Part shown: one piece after another, positions 23,908 to 36,171 of the stretch
How positions within the stretch are numbered: position 1 is the stretch's first letter
How the letters are laid out: each line of letters begins with the position of its first letter
Assembly: GCA_047495785.1 (NCBI GenBank)
Contig: JBLDXI010000019.1
Span: forward strand, 3,348,001 to 3,412,000
Length of the DNA: 64,000 bases
Direction: 5' to 3'
Origin: Lepidodermella squamata
Taxonomy: Eukaryota; Animalia; Gastrotricha
Translations under genes and position numbers: made by a program
Notes under the pieces: model-generated
Told to the model about the DNA's origin: nothing
Database searches by the model: none
Seen by the model: only the letters and a program-made list of their open reading frames with translations

Positions 23908-24432
23908 TCTCTAGATTTATATCGAATTCCGTGGACAAATGGTATATCATTTCTAATAAAGTGTAAAGTGTGACAAGTGTTGTGAATGATTTTTTTTTCT
24001 CGACTACAAGGGTAATTAATTCAGCGTCTTCGATATTGGACCTTGAATGACCTTGCTATATCTAACTAAGCCCGATAATTAAAATATCGGTTTGGCCTGA
24101 GAATTCGGTACATCCCGTATTTCATCTTTTTCGGAAGTTTTCGAAAATTTCAGTCTGTTTTATTGCCTGAAGAACGATTGTTAATTTAGATAATGTACGC
24201 CATGGTTATGCCTGACAGTTCATTACTGAAACTTTTATTTTGAAGTCAGCTATCTGACACTACCTACCTTTTTAATTTGCCTTTAATGATCTCGAATCAA
24301 TGTGTTATTAGCTTGATTACTCGCAAAGTCGTGTAATATAATCATTAAAATGGAATGAACATATACGTATGAAAGTGAATCAACCAACCGCTCCGGACTT
24401 CGGACGTTTGTTATTCCGTTAAAATTTGTAGA

Positions 24433-24984
24433 ACGAATACGAATACGAATACGAATACGAATGATTTTATTTGACTTCCACTCGACTAAGGCGTCTATAC
24501 CCTTTCGGGTTTTGTGGAAGGCGAAGGAAGGCAAAATTTAAGAAAAAACGCCCACCCCCGCAGTTAGCAATTTGCTTTTACCATAAAATTCATAATTTTC
24601 CAATTCTGAGACCGTTGTTTGCCATTCATCTCTATTTAATGCAGTTAATTCTGTGGCGTGCCAGTCCACGTCTTCTACTATTATCTCAATCGAGTTTGAC
24701 CCATCTTTCTTGGGTCGTCCTCGAGAGCCATCGGTTTTTTTCCTAATAGTTGTTTTTGATGTGAGGCCTACTTTAATTAGGCTTCTTTCTACGCATTTTA
24801 ACCAATAAATTTGAGGTTTTCCTACTGGCCTGACCCAACCTTCTGGAGTCTGCCATCTATATATGTCGTACACTGGGCCGGGTTCGAGAGGCTTTCCGTC
24901 TTTGTCTACATAGGTTTGCATTCTTATTATGTGACCAAGATAATTGAGGCGTTGTTTTTCTATTAATCTACTCACTTCTATCAC
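24433..24984 (-). mobile_element. 5'-truncated RTE-like non-LTR retrotransposon 3' end with (ATTCGT)5 tail
   Basis: RLNYLGHIIRM...RPVGKPQIYW...NRDEW is the typical RTE ORF C-terminus; microsatellite tail at 24433-24462. Confidence 0.8.
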
Positions 24985-25159
24985 GTAAGCAATTACCAAT
25001 ATCATACAGATTTTCCGATTCTTTTGGAGCCCTTGAAATTGAGAAAACTTCCAAAGATAGAATTCCCAGCAAGTATATGGTGATAAAGCTGGGGAAATGA
25101 AGTCGGGTAACATTCATCGAAGATGAGAACTAAGAAGAATAAAATTTGACGGCCATTCT
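24985..25159. repeat. 175-bp inverted repeat, right arm
   Basis: Inverted copy of 23489-23663, directly abutting the LINE 5' truncation point. Confidence 0.95.
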
Positions 25160-25257
25160 TTTTCCTCCTTTTTCCTCCTCGATTTTCCTCCTTAAAAAGA
25201 AAGCAAAGATCTCTCCGATCCCATTGTCTGCTTTTGCTGTCAACTCAATTCTCTCAG

Positions 25258-25859
25258 GTGCAGGATCAGCCACCCAAAGAGTAGCAGCGCCTCGTTCAAA
25301 TGAATCTCAATTCCGATTTCCAATGTATATTAAACTTACCTACGTCGCGTTAATTGTGTTCTGCCTCATCCTAACCATAGCTTGGATAGTTTCTGAGCAA
25401 TTCCTTGAATGGAATTCTACCTCGACTATTGTTTTCGATGAGTTGAATGACGTGTACTTCGATGTTACTATTACCCGATGCGGTAGCAAGCACCAGACTG
25501 AGTGGTCTTTAGCCCTCGTTTTGTTCAACGTCCTCGTCCTATTTTTCGCATGTTTCTGTACATTCGAATCTCGAACGTTGCGAATGTCATCCGTATCCAA
25601 ATTCGAGAAAAGAGTTGTCGTGGCGTCTGTTGCAAATCTCTCAACACTATTCCTCGGTTTCCTCCTGATTGTTGTCACGCAAGAATCTGAATTCAACCGC
25701 ATAACGGCCCTGGCAGTCGGAAATTTAATAATTTCTCTCTCAGATGCTCTGATAACTCATCTGCCAGCTTTGTGGAAATGGAAGGTGCACGCGGAACTTC
25801 GAAATAAGACAGCTTCAACTTTCAATGGAACGTCTGGCAATTCGGATGGACGATGGTGA
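25258..25859 (+). CDS. Class C GPCR (GABA-B-like) 7TM fragment, approximately TM4-TM7; upstream exons not found
   Basis: LILTIAWIVSE...TRCGSKHQTEW...LVLFFACFCTFESRTL...HLPAL resembles GABA-B TM4-ECL2-TM5-TM7 (W...C.S...W...LAWETR...FVPK); candidate acceptor ctctcag at 25257. Confidence 0.55.
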
Positions 25860-27452
25860 AAAAATCGAACAGGAGACGAGCGAAGGATGACTTGGCGAAA
25901 CTTCTTGAAGGGTTCTAATAGCTTCATATGTTTTATCGTTGCGAATATTTTAACAGAAAGTTGTTATATAATCAGAAAGCGAACTGAAGCATTGATTTAT
26001 GATATCTGATGAATTAAAATACCAATAAATGTATAGTAACTTCTTGATAATGAGCTTTTGCTTTTTCCCGCCTTGTACCTACGTACCGAACTCTATCTTA
26101 CTTTAAAATTGAGCCGCAATATTGTCAAATTCTGAAACGGCAATTTTCTCGATGGTGAAGCATGAAGCTGGACTGAAGCTTGTTTTTTTACGATGCATTC
26201 GACGATTCGATATGAAAGTGTTCAACCTTGCCTTACTTGAACTTCGTGCTTTGTGAATTATTTTTCATATGAAATTTTCCACAGCTGCAGGAGAAAAAAC
26301 TGCCAATCAGAACTAATCGAATTCGACCCCATGGTAACAACATAAGGTTGAGCTAATACTGTAGAAGTCATCAAATTAGGGCTACAACCTCGCGAACCTC
26401 GCGACATAATTTTCGAGACACGTGGTGTGCATCACTTTGCATCACCAAGCCGCATCACTTGGCGATGCGGCTAATCATTTTTTATTTTTGCATAATGTAC
26501 GCTACATGGGCGATTCAACCGGGAAGACAACTGTCTGCATTATGTTGAATAGCATGAAAATACTAGTTCAAAGTCAATTTGCTTAATTTTATTAGAAGCA
26601 AATTTGCTGTTATCCCTCATGTCGAGCTCTGAGGTGGCCTGCGTTGTGAAGAGAAGAGCGTCCACTAACCCACGCCTCTCGCCACCTGACCTTAAGTTAA
26701 CCAAGGAATTCGGGTCATTTGGAGATGAGACTATAAAACACTGGTTTGCACTGGTTAAGATTCATAATATCTATCTAGCAGACCGAGATCTCGCGACTTT
26801 TTAAAATAAATGCTCACTTCGCTTTTTCTAATCACGTTGGTATCCTTACTCGGAATCATGGCTAATCCCAAGTCGACCGATAAAGCAGCTCTACCCGTTG
26901 AGCAGTTAAGTAAGTTTTAGCCCAGCGAATAAACTCCATGAATGAAGATTCCCACATAGAGATTTTTGAGAACAAGAGTTCAGCTTCGCGTGATGTCAAA
27001 TCCCTTTTTGAGCTGATCAGAGCTCTGGAAAACGTAAGAGACGACCGCCTCAAAATACGCTGCAATATCGCTTTGGGCCGCGGGAATTCAAGACGCTGTC
27101 TGCGGGAATTCGGTCTCAGCATGAATGCTGGACCTCGAAATCATGGCCGACAAATATCTGACTTCGGCAATCTGCATTGAACATTTCTAGCATAGCTTGA
27201 AGAATGAAACAATTAAGTTGAGGTTCGCATGATCTATAAATTTGCTATCTCCGTAACAACAAATACCCATTTCGCCAAACAACTTTTCATTTGACTTTTT
27301 TAGGATGCAGCAAAAATAATGAAATATCAATAACAAATTTGAGAAAACGGGCAGGAATGTTTTTATTCATCTCATTTTCAAAGTTCGACGTGCAATAATT
27401 TGTCATAATTAATAAAATTTGAAACGGAAGCAGGTTAACTTAATAGAAGTTC

Positions 27453-30400
27453 TCAATTGAAAGAATTCATAGAGCAGAAAGAAGCGTCCCAGTGTTTCAA
27501 GAAACGAGCAACGTCTGAATGGCTCGTTTTGTCCAGCAAGGCCTGGCGGATCGGCGTGTTCTCCCGTTTGTTCTTAGCTCCAAACAGATCCGGCCTTTCA
27601 TCCAGCAATATCTTGACAACACCAATTTTGTTCGCAGCAACGGCCAAGTGAATCGCCATATCACCTGAGTTTGTCAACGCGTAAACATTAGCTCGGTTTT
27701 TGATGAGCAAGGCTACAAGTTCTGCTGCCCCCAAATGAGCTGCTTGATGTAACGGAGTCCAGCCACGATTGTCGCGCGTTTCAGTATTTGCCTTTTTGCT
27801 CAGAAGGAATTCGACAACGGCAATTGCCTTTGGGCTAGCTGAGATCGCGCAAAACAGCGGCGATTTCCCCAGGCTATCTTTCAACTCCAGGAGGCCGTCG
27901 TTAATCTCCAGGAGACACTTGATGACTTCAATTTGATGATTCTCAGCGGCATGGTGGATAGCTAAGGACGTTTTGCTGCCTGGTGTTGAAGGTTCAAGCT
28001 TGCTCGAATTAGCCGAGTCGTTACTTGATTTCAACTTCTGAGGATGCTCAGGCTGGGCATTGATAGCTCCGGGAGCAGCTCGACTGCTTTTGGCGTAAAT
28101 ATTCGCCCCACTTTTCAACAGCTAAAATATATTTCAGCGTTATTTCTGGAAGCCGAAATAAATGTTTACATACCAGTTTCAAGATCTCGACATATCCCAA
28201 ACTCGCTGCGTGGATCAGCGGTGTCTTGTTGAGATGATCCGTCGTCTCGGTATTTGCTTTGCGTTCCAGCAGAAACTTTACCAATCGGGTGTGGCCATTA
28301 CTAGCAGCTAAAGTCAGCACCGAGCAGCCCCTTGCGTTTTTGTCCTCCAAAAAGTCTTCATTCAACGTGAGAAGATACTGAACGACCTGAAGATGCCCGT
28401 GTTCGGCTGCAAAGTGAATTGGCAACGAGCCAGATTTCTTACTCAGAGTGATCCCACGGCTGCTTACAGATTTCGAACGGCGATTCGGGTCTGCTCCGTA
28501 TTTAATGAGTAATTTAACGACGTCAAGATGACCATAAGCACAGGCTTCGTGTAGAGGTGAGAAGCAGAAGGAGTCAGTACCACCCATAGGGGTTATAGTG
28601 GCAAAAGGGTCCACACTTGCTCCGAGTGAGATGATGAGGTTAACGACATCGGCATGACCACCGGCTGCAGCGCGGAACAGAGGAGTAGCACCGACTAGGT
28701 TTTTCTTGTCGATGAGATTAGGCAGGACGTTCAGAATGTACTGCACCACTTCCCCGCGTCCAAAATAGGCAGCGAGATGAATTGCCATGTCCTAAAACAG
28801 ACAATTGTTTACACAGCATTTGAAAGTTAGGTAAAACGAACAAAAATGATTGAAGGGCATGTTTGTTCTATAAATTCTGTTCAAGTGGCTTCAGAGATTT
28901 TCTTCAAATTGGACATCTACTTTAAAAACTACTCATGGAAGTATAGCACAGGGAGTTCCTGCTCCCTCTTTCGACTCGTGATATCCCAGTAATCGAGAAG
29001 TCAAATATTCAGGTGATTGCTGATTTTCTCACACTGTATCAATGGTGACCCGACAGCATATCGGGAAGGCCAATACTACACCCTTGCAGTAACTTAATTT
29101 CTGGTCCAGGGCTTCCAGTCCGTGGTGTGCTTCGGCATTGGATACTTTGCTAAACAGCGGATGATTGCAATACCGCTTGCTAAATAGAATTAGCACAATC
29201 GCTCAATGGGTAGTAACAACGATACGGAAGCTTGGAACGGAGCTGCCAACAAGCTTGTTAATACTCATCACACAACCTTCAAGGAGACCTTGCTCAAGTC
29301 AAAAAAGCGTCACCGGTATTTACTCAACGGTCTCGATGTTACGGCAAACATCCAAAAGCTATAACCGCTTCAGTAACTCAGGTCTCTAACTCACATGCTG
29401 CCTCCAAACGACGATCTTTAAATCTCAACCTACACACCTCAGCATTAATTTAGGTATGTAAGGTTGCAAGGTAGCCAATGCGAAGCTGGTGTGGCAGATA
29501 AGTCACGGGTGACGGATTTTCATATGATTACTCTTTAATATCTAATCAACGCTCCATTCTACCGGTGACGCCCCATTGCTGAGAACTTGGATAACAAACA
29601 TTCGCTGTAAAGATAAGCTGTGCAAAAAAAATCGCATAATAATTAGTCAAAGAGCGGCATTTCTTAGCAACTCGCTATCAAATGCTTCATTTTAGCAGAA
29701 AAATGTCACACCATGGGTGTGAATTGCCGTTCGTTATCAGCGAATTACGCGTAGCATTGCGCACTTTTACAAGAAGTTTGGGTGTAACTTGCGCGAATCT
29801 TTGAAGTTTTTTTATCTAGCAAATTCCGGCCGGATCTGAAGATGGCTATAAAAGCGGCCAGTATAATTTACCGGAGAGCAAACCAGCTTTCATATCAATA
29901 ATACATCTTCATAAACGATGAGCGTTCTCTCGGCAATCTTGCTAGCTTCAGCCGTTTTCATCGGCTCGATTTCGGCAAACTCGTGCAACAATTTCGGATT
30001 CGATGGGAAGGATCGTTCAGTCATGGGACATGAGCCCTTGATTTTCTATGGCGATTGTTTCAAAGAGTGCGATGCAAAGATTCTATGTACCTTCAACGAT
30101 GAAATTCGAGGTGAAGCTATCAAAGTAGAACGTGAGGGCAAGATTGACGCCTCTCTCTTCGCTCACCCGAGGGCCATCTGCTACCCGCCGTATTTGTTCA
30201 AACTAGGCCCGATGGACGTTCAAGTCGACCTTGTCAGGCCTAATGGCGAGAAAATCAATATCGACACTGTTCGCGTCAATATTGTGCAGTCAAGCCCAGA
30301 CGTTGAAGTTAATATCAAAGACGACGTCTTGGAAATTTCTCATGGCGATCTGACACCAGTCGCGGTTGTGTCTGAAGTAGCGACTGTTAATGTCACCCTC

Positions 30401-33400
30401 GTGTGGTTCAACGCTCGGCATCAGAATAAACGACGACTGGAAGACCTGTATACTATCGAAGTCAACGTGCCATATCGGCCGAACACTGTCTTCTCCGTGG
30501 CCAAGCCGAGCATGGCTGCACTCGCCGCGACTGGCGATAAAGTTGACGAGCGAAAACGGGCCATTTTAAGCACCTACCTGGTTGTATCTGTTAGGCCGAT
30601 GAAGCTCGCCCATGGCGGACAGCATCCTTTCCATCCCCAGGCCGCTGTTTTCTCCGCCTTCATCCCGGCACTGAAGATGTACCCTGAATTCCAGCCGACG
30701 CACGGGAATGGTGTCTGCAACGCTTGGTTCCAGATTACTCCGAAGGTCAGCGCCCCTGTCAGCTGTAGCCCAACCGTGGACAGAGTCGATCCGTCCATTT
30801 TCAAGTCGAAGCAAGAAGAGCGCTATTCTGGGGCCAACTCTCGCGCCGCTCTTAGCGAAGGTGCCTCGGCCGCGTTGAAGTACGAGAGCTATGTGCCAAT
30901 GGGGCCGGTCAACTTCCCAAATTCGAATTTCAAAATCACAGTCGGCCACGAGTGCTACTACGATAGGAATGGCCAGCTGGTTCAGGATTGGAAGCAGGGT
31001 GCTGGAAGTGCTCAGTTTTACAGCGCTTACGCCGATGAGCGGGAGCACTTTTATGAGAATGAAAACTCGTGGTTCGCCTGCTGCCACAACCAGGAGGACA
31101 GCACGTATTGCAGTAATTACTACGATGCTCGCCGTGTCTAGTCGTACTCGATAATCGACGCTTATGTGTTTATAACCAAGTAACTTGCAATGAAATAAAT
31201 CTGCAATGTGATTGACTCTGATTTTTTCGACTCTCTCGATTTAACACCAGATAGAACTAATCTTGGATTGATCATTCGATTTCGGAATAAAATCTGATTC
31301 TATGGCATTTTCTCGGTCCTATCAGTGGCAATACAGCTAGCAGGTTGAGAATGATAACAGGCGATTCTAGAAATCAATCGATAAATTGAGATTACCGTTT
31401 TATGAGCTATTTCGCGGTAAAGCTACTACAATATGCTCAAAGTAGAGAAGTAGAAACCCTGAAGCTAGGAGGAATTTCCAGACCGAAATTTCAAGCGTCG
31501 GAAGATTTCCGATTCAATGCCAACATAAAATCGAGGCAATCGAATGAATGTTCTGCAGTAATAAAACTAACTGGATCAGGAAATCGTTTAGCGGAACCAA
31601 ATCTGCATTTTATGGAACCTAATTTTTGTTAAGCAAAAGGTTGCTTTTCGAATATTTCTACGAAACAGGGACAATGTATGAATTCTGCAGTGAAGCACGA
31701 AGTTTTTTCCAGAATTTTACGCTGAATTTAATCAAATTTTATTTAATTATGCAGTTATAATCTGGCTAGTTTTCCATCTTCTTTTTACACTTAGCTTTGA
31801 TCGAGTCGTTTTGTTTGTTGAAATTGTAATAGAGCATGAATTTGATAGAAATTACCTCGCACCCCTCAGAGCCGACCGCCACAGGATTAGCACAGCGCCT
31901 CAGCAGCAACTGAACCGCATCGAGATGGCCCAGAGCCGCTGCTCGCATCAACGGCGTCCAGCCAAACTCGCCGCACTCCTCCAAAAGCCGCGAATCCTTA
32001 CCCAACAGGGTGTCCACAATGCGAACATGGTTGTTCGTGATCGCCTCATGAATAGCCATATTGCCGCATTTGTTACGCGTGAACATCGGCGCCTCAACGT
32101 CAGACAGCAGCAGGTACTCAACCACATCGATCTGGCCGTATTTAGCCGCTCGAATTAGGGGCGTATCCCCGTCGAAGGGCGCCCACACCGCCTCGTCCTG
32201 CATGGCCTTTTTCGCGCTGAAAAGCGACACCATTCGCTTGATTTGCGGCAGATCGCCTGTTTCGGCGGCTTTCAGCAGTCGGATCGGCTTCGAGCTGTGG
32301 GCGTCTTCTTCCTGCCACGCCTGAACAGCAAATTGCAGGCCCATTTCTGGGAACAGGGCTCTTATCTGGTCGTCGTTCATTTGAGCCAGCATGTCGGCTG
32401 ATAGCATTTCTGATTGCATAATTGAGCATATCGACGACTTGTGTTGTTCTGGAATTTCAGACGCTAAAATTCGCTCGAGGCCCAAGTCCTATAAAAAGTA
32501 AATTTACACTAAAAAAAAGTTGGCTATTCATACGCTAATTAACCGACTTTTACTCGGGTACAAAGGACCCTGAGAGCCTCCTATTTAGCCTAAATATTTG
32601 AATTGAGGCTTCTAATTACCAAAAAATGAAATTCGAGGCCATAAATACCAAGTGTTGGGTAAAACGTAGTAAAAGGCCGGTTTTCTGAGTCATTTGTTGA
32701 ACACCCTAAACCCCATAAAATCCTGAAATGAAATATAGTTCAGCGGAAGTTATTTTGACGAGATTTCAGAGAAACATTTGAAGTTTTCCCATTAATCGGA
32801 TCCCCAAAGTAATGCAGCGACCTAATATCCAATTTTTTCTGATGAATCTTTCTTCGAGTTTAAGATGAAAAAAATTTGAAAAAATTTGAAAAATGCGAAT
32901 ATTCTTTTCCCAAAGATTTTTCTGTTTTATTAAAAAATTGAAATACCTTTAATTTATTTCACAAAATTCGGAAAAATAATTTGGAAGAAATTCCACCGAT
33001 CTTATTAATTCAATTAATTCAATTTATATTTGGACGCCTCCGCTTGGGTGGTTTGCACCCAGAGGTAGGCCTCGAACCAGATGGATCAACGGAGTGCATA
33101 GAAGCCTAATTAAAGTAGGTCTCACTAAGGAAATTCGCCGGAAAAAGAAAGCCAATAAGAAAAATAAGGTCAAGGATAAGAAAAATAAAACCACAAAGAA
33201 ACGAGAAAATAGAAAAAATCCCGGCGAAAAGGATTTTGAGATCAAAATTATTCCCGATGTCCAACTAGCGGAATCGGTTTCTTTCGAAAAAGATGAATGG
33301 CGCATGGTTGTAAACTCGATTGAAATTTATGAATTCTATACAAAATTGCAGAATCCTCGACTGTGGGGGTGGGTGAGGATCATTCTTCGCCTGCCTTCGC

Positions 33401-35905
33401 CCTCTTCAAAACCGGAAACGGTACACGACACTCAGTCTCGAAGAGGCAAAATAAAACTATTATTATTATATTATAAAATAAAACTATTATTATTATTAAT
33501 TCAGGAGTAATTTTTGACGAAATTATTATTCTAATTAACGATAGTAATGCGCTGCTGGAATTCACAACTTGTCCCACAATATGCGCAACCATTTATTTAA
33601 TTTAGCAACTTTTTGTAGGAAATTCAACTGAGGAAATTTTAAATTCAAACCTTATCCTTTATCCGCGATTTAAACGTAAAAAATAAATTTACCGAAGAAA
33701 ACCCGGTAAACCCCGATGACAACTGGTTTGGTAATTTTCGGAATTTCACAGTTTCGACCAAATTTCTCCGAACTTTTTTAATCCCATTAACAATTGTCAT
33801 ACACGTAATTTTCTCTTCTCGTGATTTTTTTTGAATTTTTCTAAAAATTTACTGGCCAAGAGTTGTGGCTTCGTCCCTAATTTTAGACTTTCTGGACCCT
33901 TTTTTCCGTTTATTATCTTCGCTTACGCTACATATGCGACACACGCTGTATTAACTGATAGGTAATAATTTGCTTACCATATAAGCTTCACTAGCAACAG
34001 GCCGATTGAGAAATTTCGAATCGACCAAAATTTGCGACATGGTTGGCCGTTCGATTGGATTTTTGCGCAGTAAGGCCCTCACAAAATCACGAATTTCCGA
34101 ACTGTACCGCTTCGAAATCGGCACCGGGTTGCCGTTGATGACGTGGTCTTTGAAATGCCGGTCTTCTTGTTCGATGAACGGAAATTTGAACGTGGCGAGG
34201 CGATAGATGACCACGCCCAGCATCCACGAGTCGCTTTTACGCGACAATTTGTGATGCGTGAGCACTTCGGGCGGGCAGTACGGCAAAAGACGGCTTCGAT
34301 CACCTTGACCAACCCTGATATTTCAAAATAATTTTCAAATTTTTCGGAATAATTTTAGGAATTTTAGAAATTTTCAGGAATTTCGGAATTTATTTTAAAA
34401 TTTTCGGGACTAAATGAAAAATTATTTCTCCCATGACATAAGTTTCCTTCAACTTTGAGAATATCCAATATTGTAATAGTCGTAAAATTATTCTTAATTT
34501 ATTCTAATTAATTTTTCTCTAATGCCAAGCCGAAGTTCCAATATCAAAACTGAGTAACTCACTGATTCAAAGTTTCATAGCAGCCCAATTCGCCCAGTTT
34601 CACAAATCGGCGCTCTCCCAGCAGGAAAATATTCTTCAAAAAATGATAAAAATACTAGAAAATGTTTTCATTGGCTTCAATCGATTTTACCTGAGTTTTA
34701 ACGTCGCGATGAGCGATGCCGTGGCCGTGAAGAAATTGCAGGGCCATGACGATTTGACGGGCCCAGGCGCAGATTTGCGTCTCGGGAAAGGGCTTATTCT
34801 CTTGAACGGCCGCCTCCAGATCACCGGCGTGGCAATACTCGAGAACGACGTGGATAACGTCGTCGCCAACAAATTTTTCTAAAAATAAATTATAAGAGGA
34901 TTGAGGATTTATGATAGATACTCCGTTGATCGGGCTTCAATTTCTTTTTGGAAACACTTAAAGCCGATAACAGATAACATGTGAAGCCATTCAAATCAAA
35001 GCTTCGCAAGCAAAAAGTTAAATTTTTCACAGAAATTCTGAACTATCTACCATTCTTCCATTTCATGTCAAGCAATAAAATCGGCCACTTGGATTATTGC
35101 CAGTTGGGGCAAGTCAAACCAATATGGCTTCACAGATCACGTGCGACCTCAATTACTCATTATTAAAGCAATCCTAATCGGAATTTCACCTTAAATGCTT
35201 CGTAGTAAAAAAATGTCATATTCAAACGTTCAGCTTTGGAAAAAATTGCCCAATAAATTTGCTAGAATATTCATCAGCACAATCACGTCAATGTCATGAG
35301 GTAAAAAATGAAAGTTTCAGGTTTAAAATCAGCCTAAAATTAAAGAGAAACGGCAATGAAAAGTGCCAGCAATAAACCCTTCAAAGTACCGCTTCTTCGC
35401 TGAATTAATTTGAACCTCCTCAAAATCCAGAAATTATTAAAATTGTAAATTCTTCGAAGATTAGGGTTTTTTCGGGATGAGCTGACCCCCTTGGAAGAAG
35501 AGAAACGCGGTTCGAAAACTACGATGCTCAGTATAACTATTTATTGAGGGCTTCAAAAATAGTAATTTTCAAAAAATCTCACCTTCGAATGAGCTAAGAA
35601 CTCGAATTATACTCGAATGCTGCAAGCTCATCATCAATCCAGCCTATAAATCGCCATTTAATTACGAATTAAACGCGAAATAAATGACAATAATCAGGTT
35701 CACACACCTGAGCTCGAACTCGTTTATTGAGAAACGCTGATGTAGCTGCATCACCACTGAACTCGCCCTTGATAAGACCGGTGTTATACTGGCGAACGAC
35801 GAACAGCGAGCCGCACTTTTTCCGCTTGACGAGATCAACCTGGCCGTAGCAGCCCTGGCCGAGCTTGCGAATCACCTCGTAGTCACTTCGGCATGATATC
35901 GACAT
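27453..35905 (-). CDS. NEK-like pseudokinase-SAM-ankyrin repeat protein, 924 aa (exons 35905-35708, 35643-35583, 34878-34691, 34633-34563, 34314-33978, 32488-31856, 28791-28174, 28121-27453)
   Basis: Kinase motifs LGQGCYG, HRDVKTQNIF, YCPPE, KSDSWMLG, NPIERPT; SAM-like LSADMLAQMNDDQIRALFPEMG; many ankyrin repeats (TPLHQAA, TPLIRAA). All seven introns are GT-AG and phase compatible. Confidence 0.75.
29918..31141 (+). CDS. Secreted intronless IPT/TIG + AMOP domain protein (Mesh/SUSD2-like fragment), nested in an intron
   Basis: Signal peptide; GDCF...ILCTF...RAICYPP (IPT-like); CNAW...GHECYYDRNGQL...HF...ACC...CSNYYDARR (AMOP-like); TATAAAA at ~29847 and AATAAA at ~31194. Confidence 0.75.
   Translation: MSVLSAILLASAVFIGSISANSCNNFGFDGKDRSVMGHEPLIFYGDCFKECDAKILCTFNDEIRGEAIKVEREGKIDASLFAHPRAICYPPYLFKLGPMDVQVDLVRPNGEKINIDTVRVNIVQSSPDVEVNIKDDVLEISHGDLTPVAVVSEVATVNVTLVWFNARHQNKRRLEDLYTIEVNVPYRPNTVFSVAKPSMAALAATGDKVDERKRAILSTYLVVSVRPMKLAHGGQHPFHPQAAVFSAFIPALKMYPEFQPTHGNGVCNAWFQITPKVSAPVSCSPTVDRVDPSIFKSKQEERYSGANSRAALSEGASAALKYESYVPMGPVNFPNSNFKITVGHECYYDRNGQLVQDWKQGAGSAQFYSAYADEREHFYENENSWFACCHNQEDSTYCSNYYDARRV
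33024..33497 (+). mobile_element. RTE-like LINE 3' fragment with duplicated (TAT)n tail, intronic
   Basis: WTPPLGWFAPRGRPRTRW...RSLIKVGLT...DEW...YEFY aligns with the element at 24433-24984. Confidence 0.75.
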
Positions 35906-36171
35906 GTTTCAGCTTTCGAAATTATCGCCTACAATAGTTCATCTGCTTTCGATCAGAGTTTTTATTAGCTGTAGCTGTGAATTTCATTCATAACTTGAAA
36001 ATTGAAAAATTTTCGACGCACGCGTTTAAAATTCCGGCACGCGATATTTGTAACATTTATTTTATTTTTCGATTCGAATTTCAGAAATTTCTAGCATTGA
36101 ACAACAACATGGATTTCAAATGTTCATTCTAAGTCTAAGAAAATTCAACATTTTTTCCTGTAATTTGAATT

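Noticed and set aside
24538-25113. 191-aa ORF, and its twin N-terminus at 23535-23801, as real genes
   Set aside because: Chimera of an off-frame reading of the inverted exon copy and a LINE C-terminus. The plausible host frame starts at 23531.
11969-25859. Functional link between GFRP-fold genes and the GABA-B-like fragment (KCTD H1 analogy)
   Set aside because: No BTB domain is present, the receptor is only a fragment, and proximity alone is not evidence.
30566-31087. Antisense and alternative-frame ORFs over real genes (also 1178-1654, 25340-25702, 31811-32158 and many in 38-60 kb)
   Set aside because: Shadows of coding sequence on the opposite strand with no independent features.
33094-33510. 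Lys-rich 138-aa ORF as a host gene
   Set aside because: It is the C-terminus and tail of a LINE fragment inside an intron.
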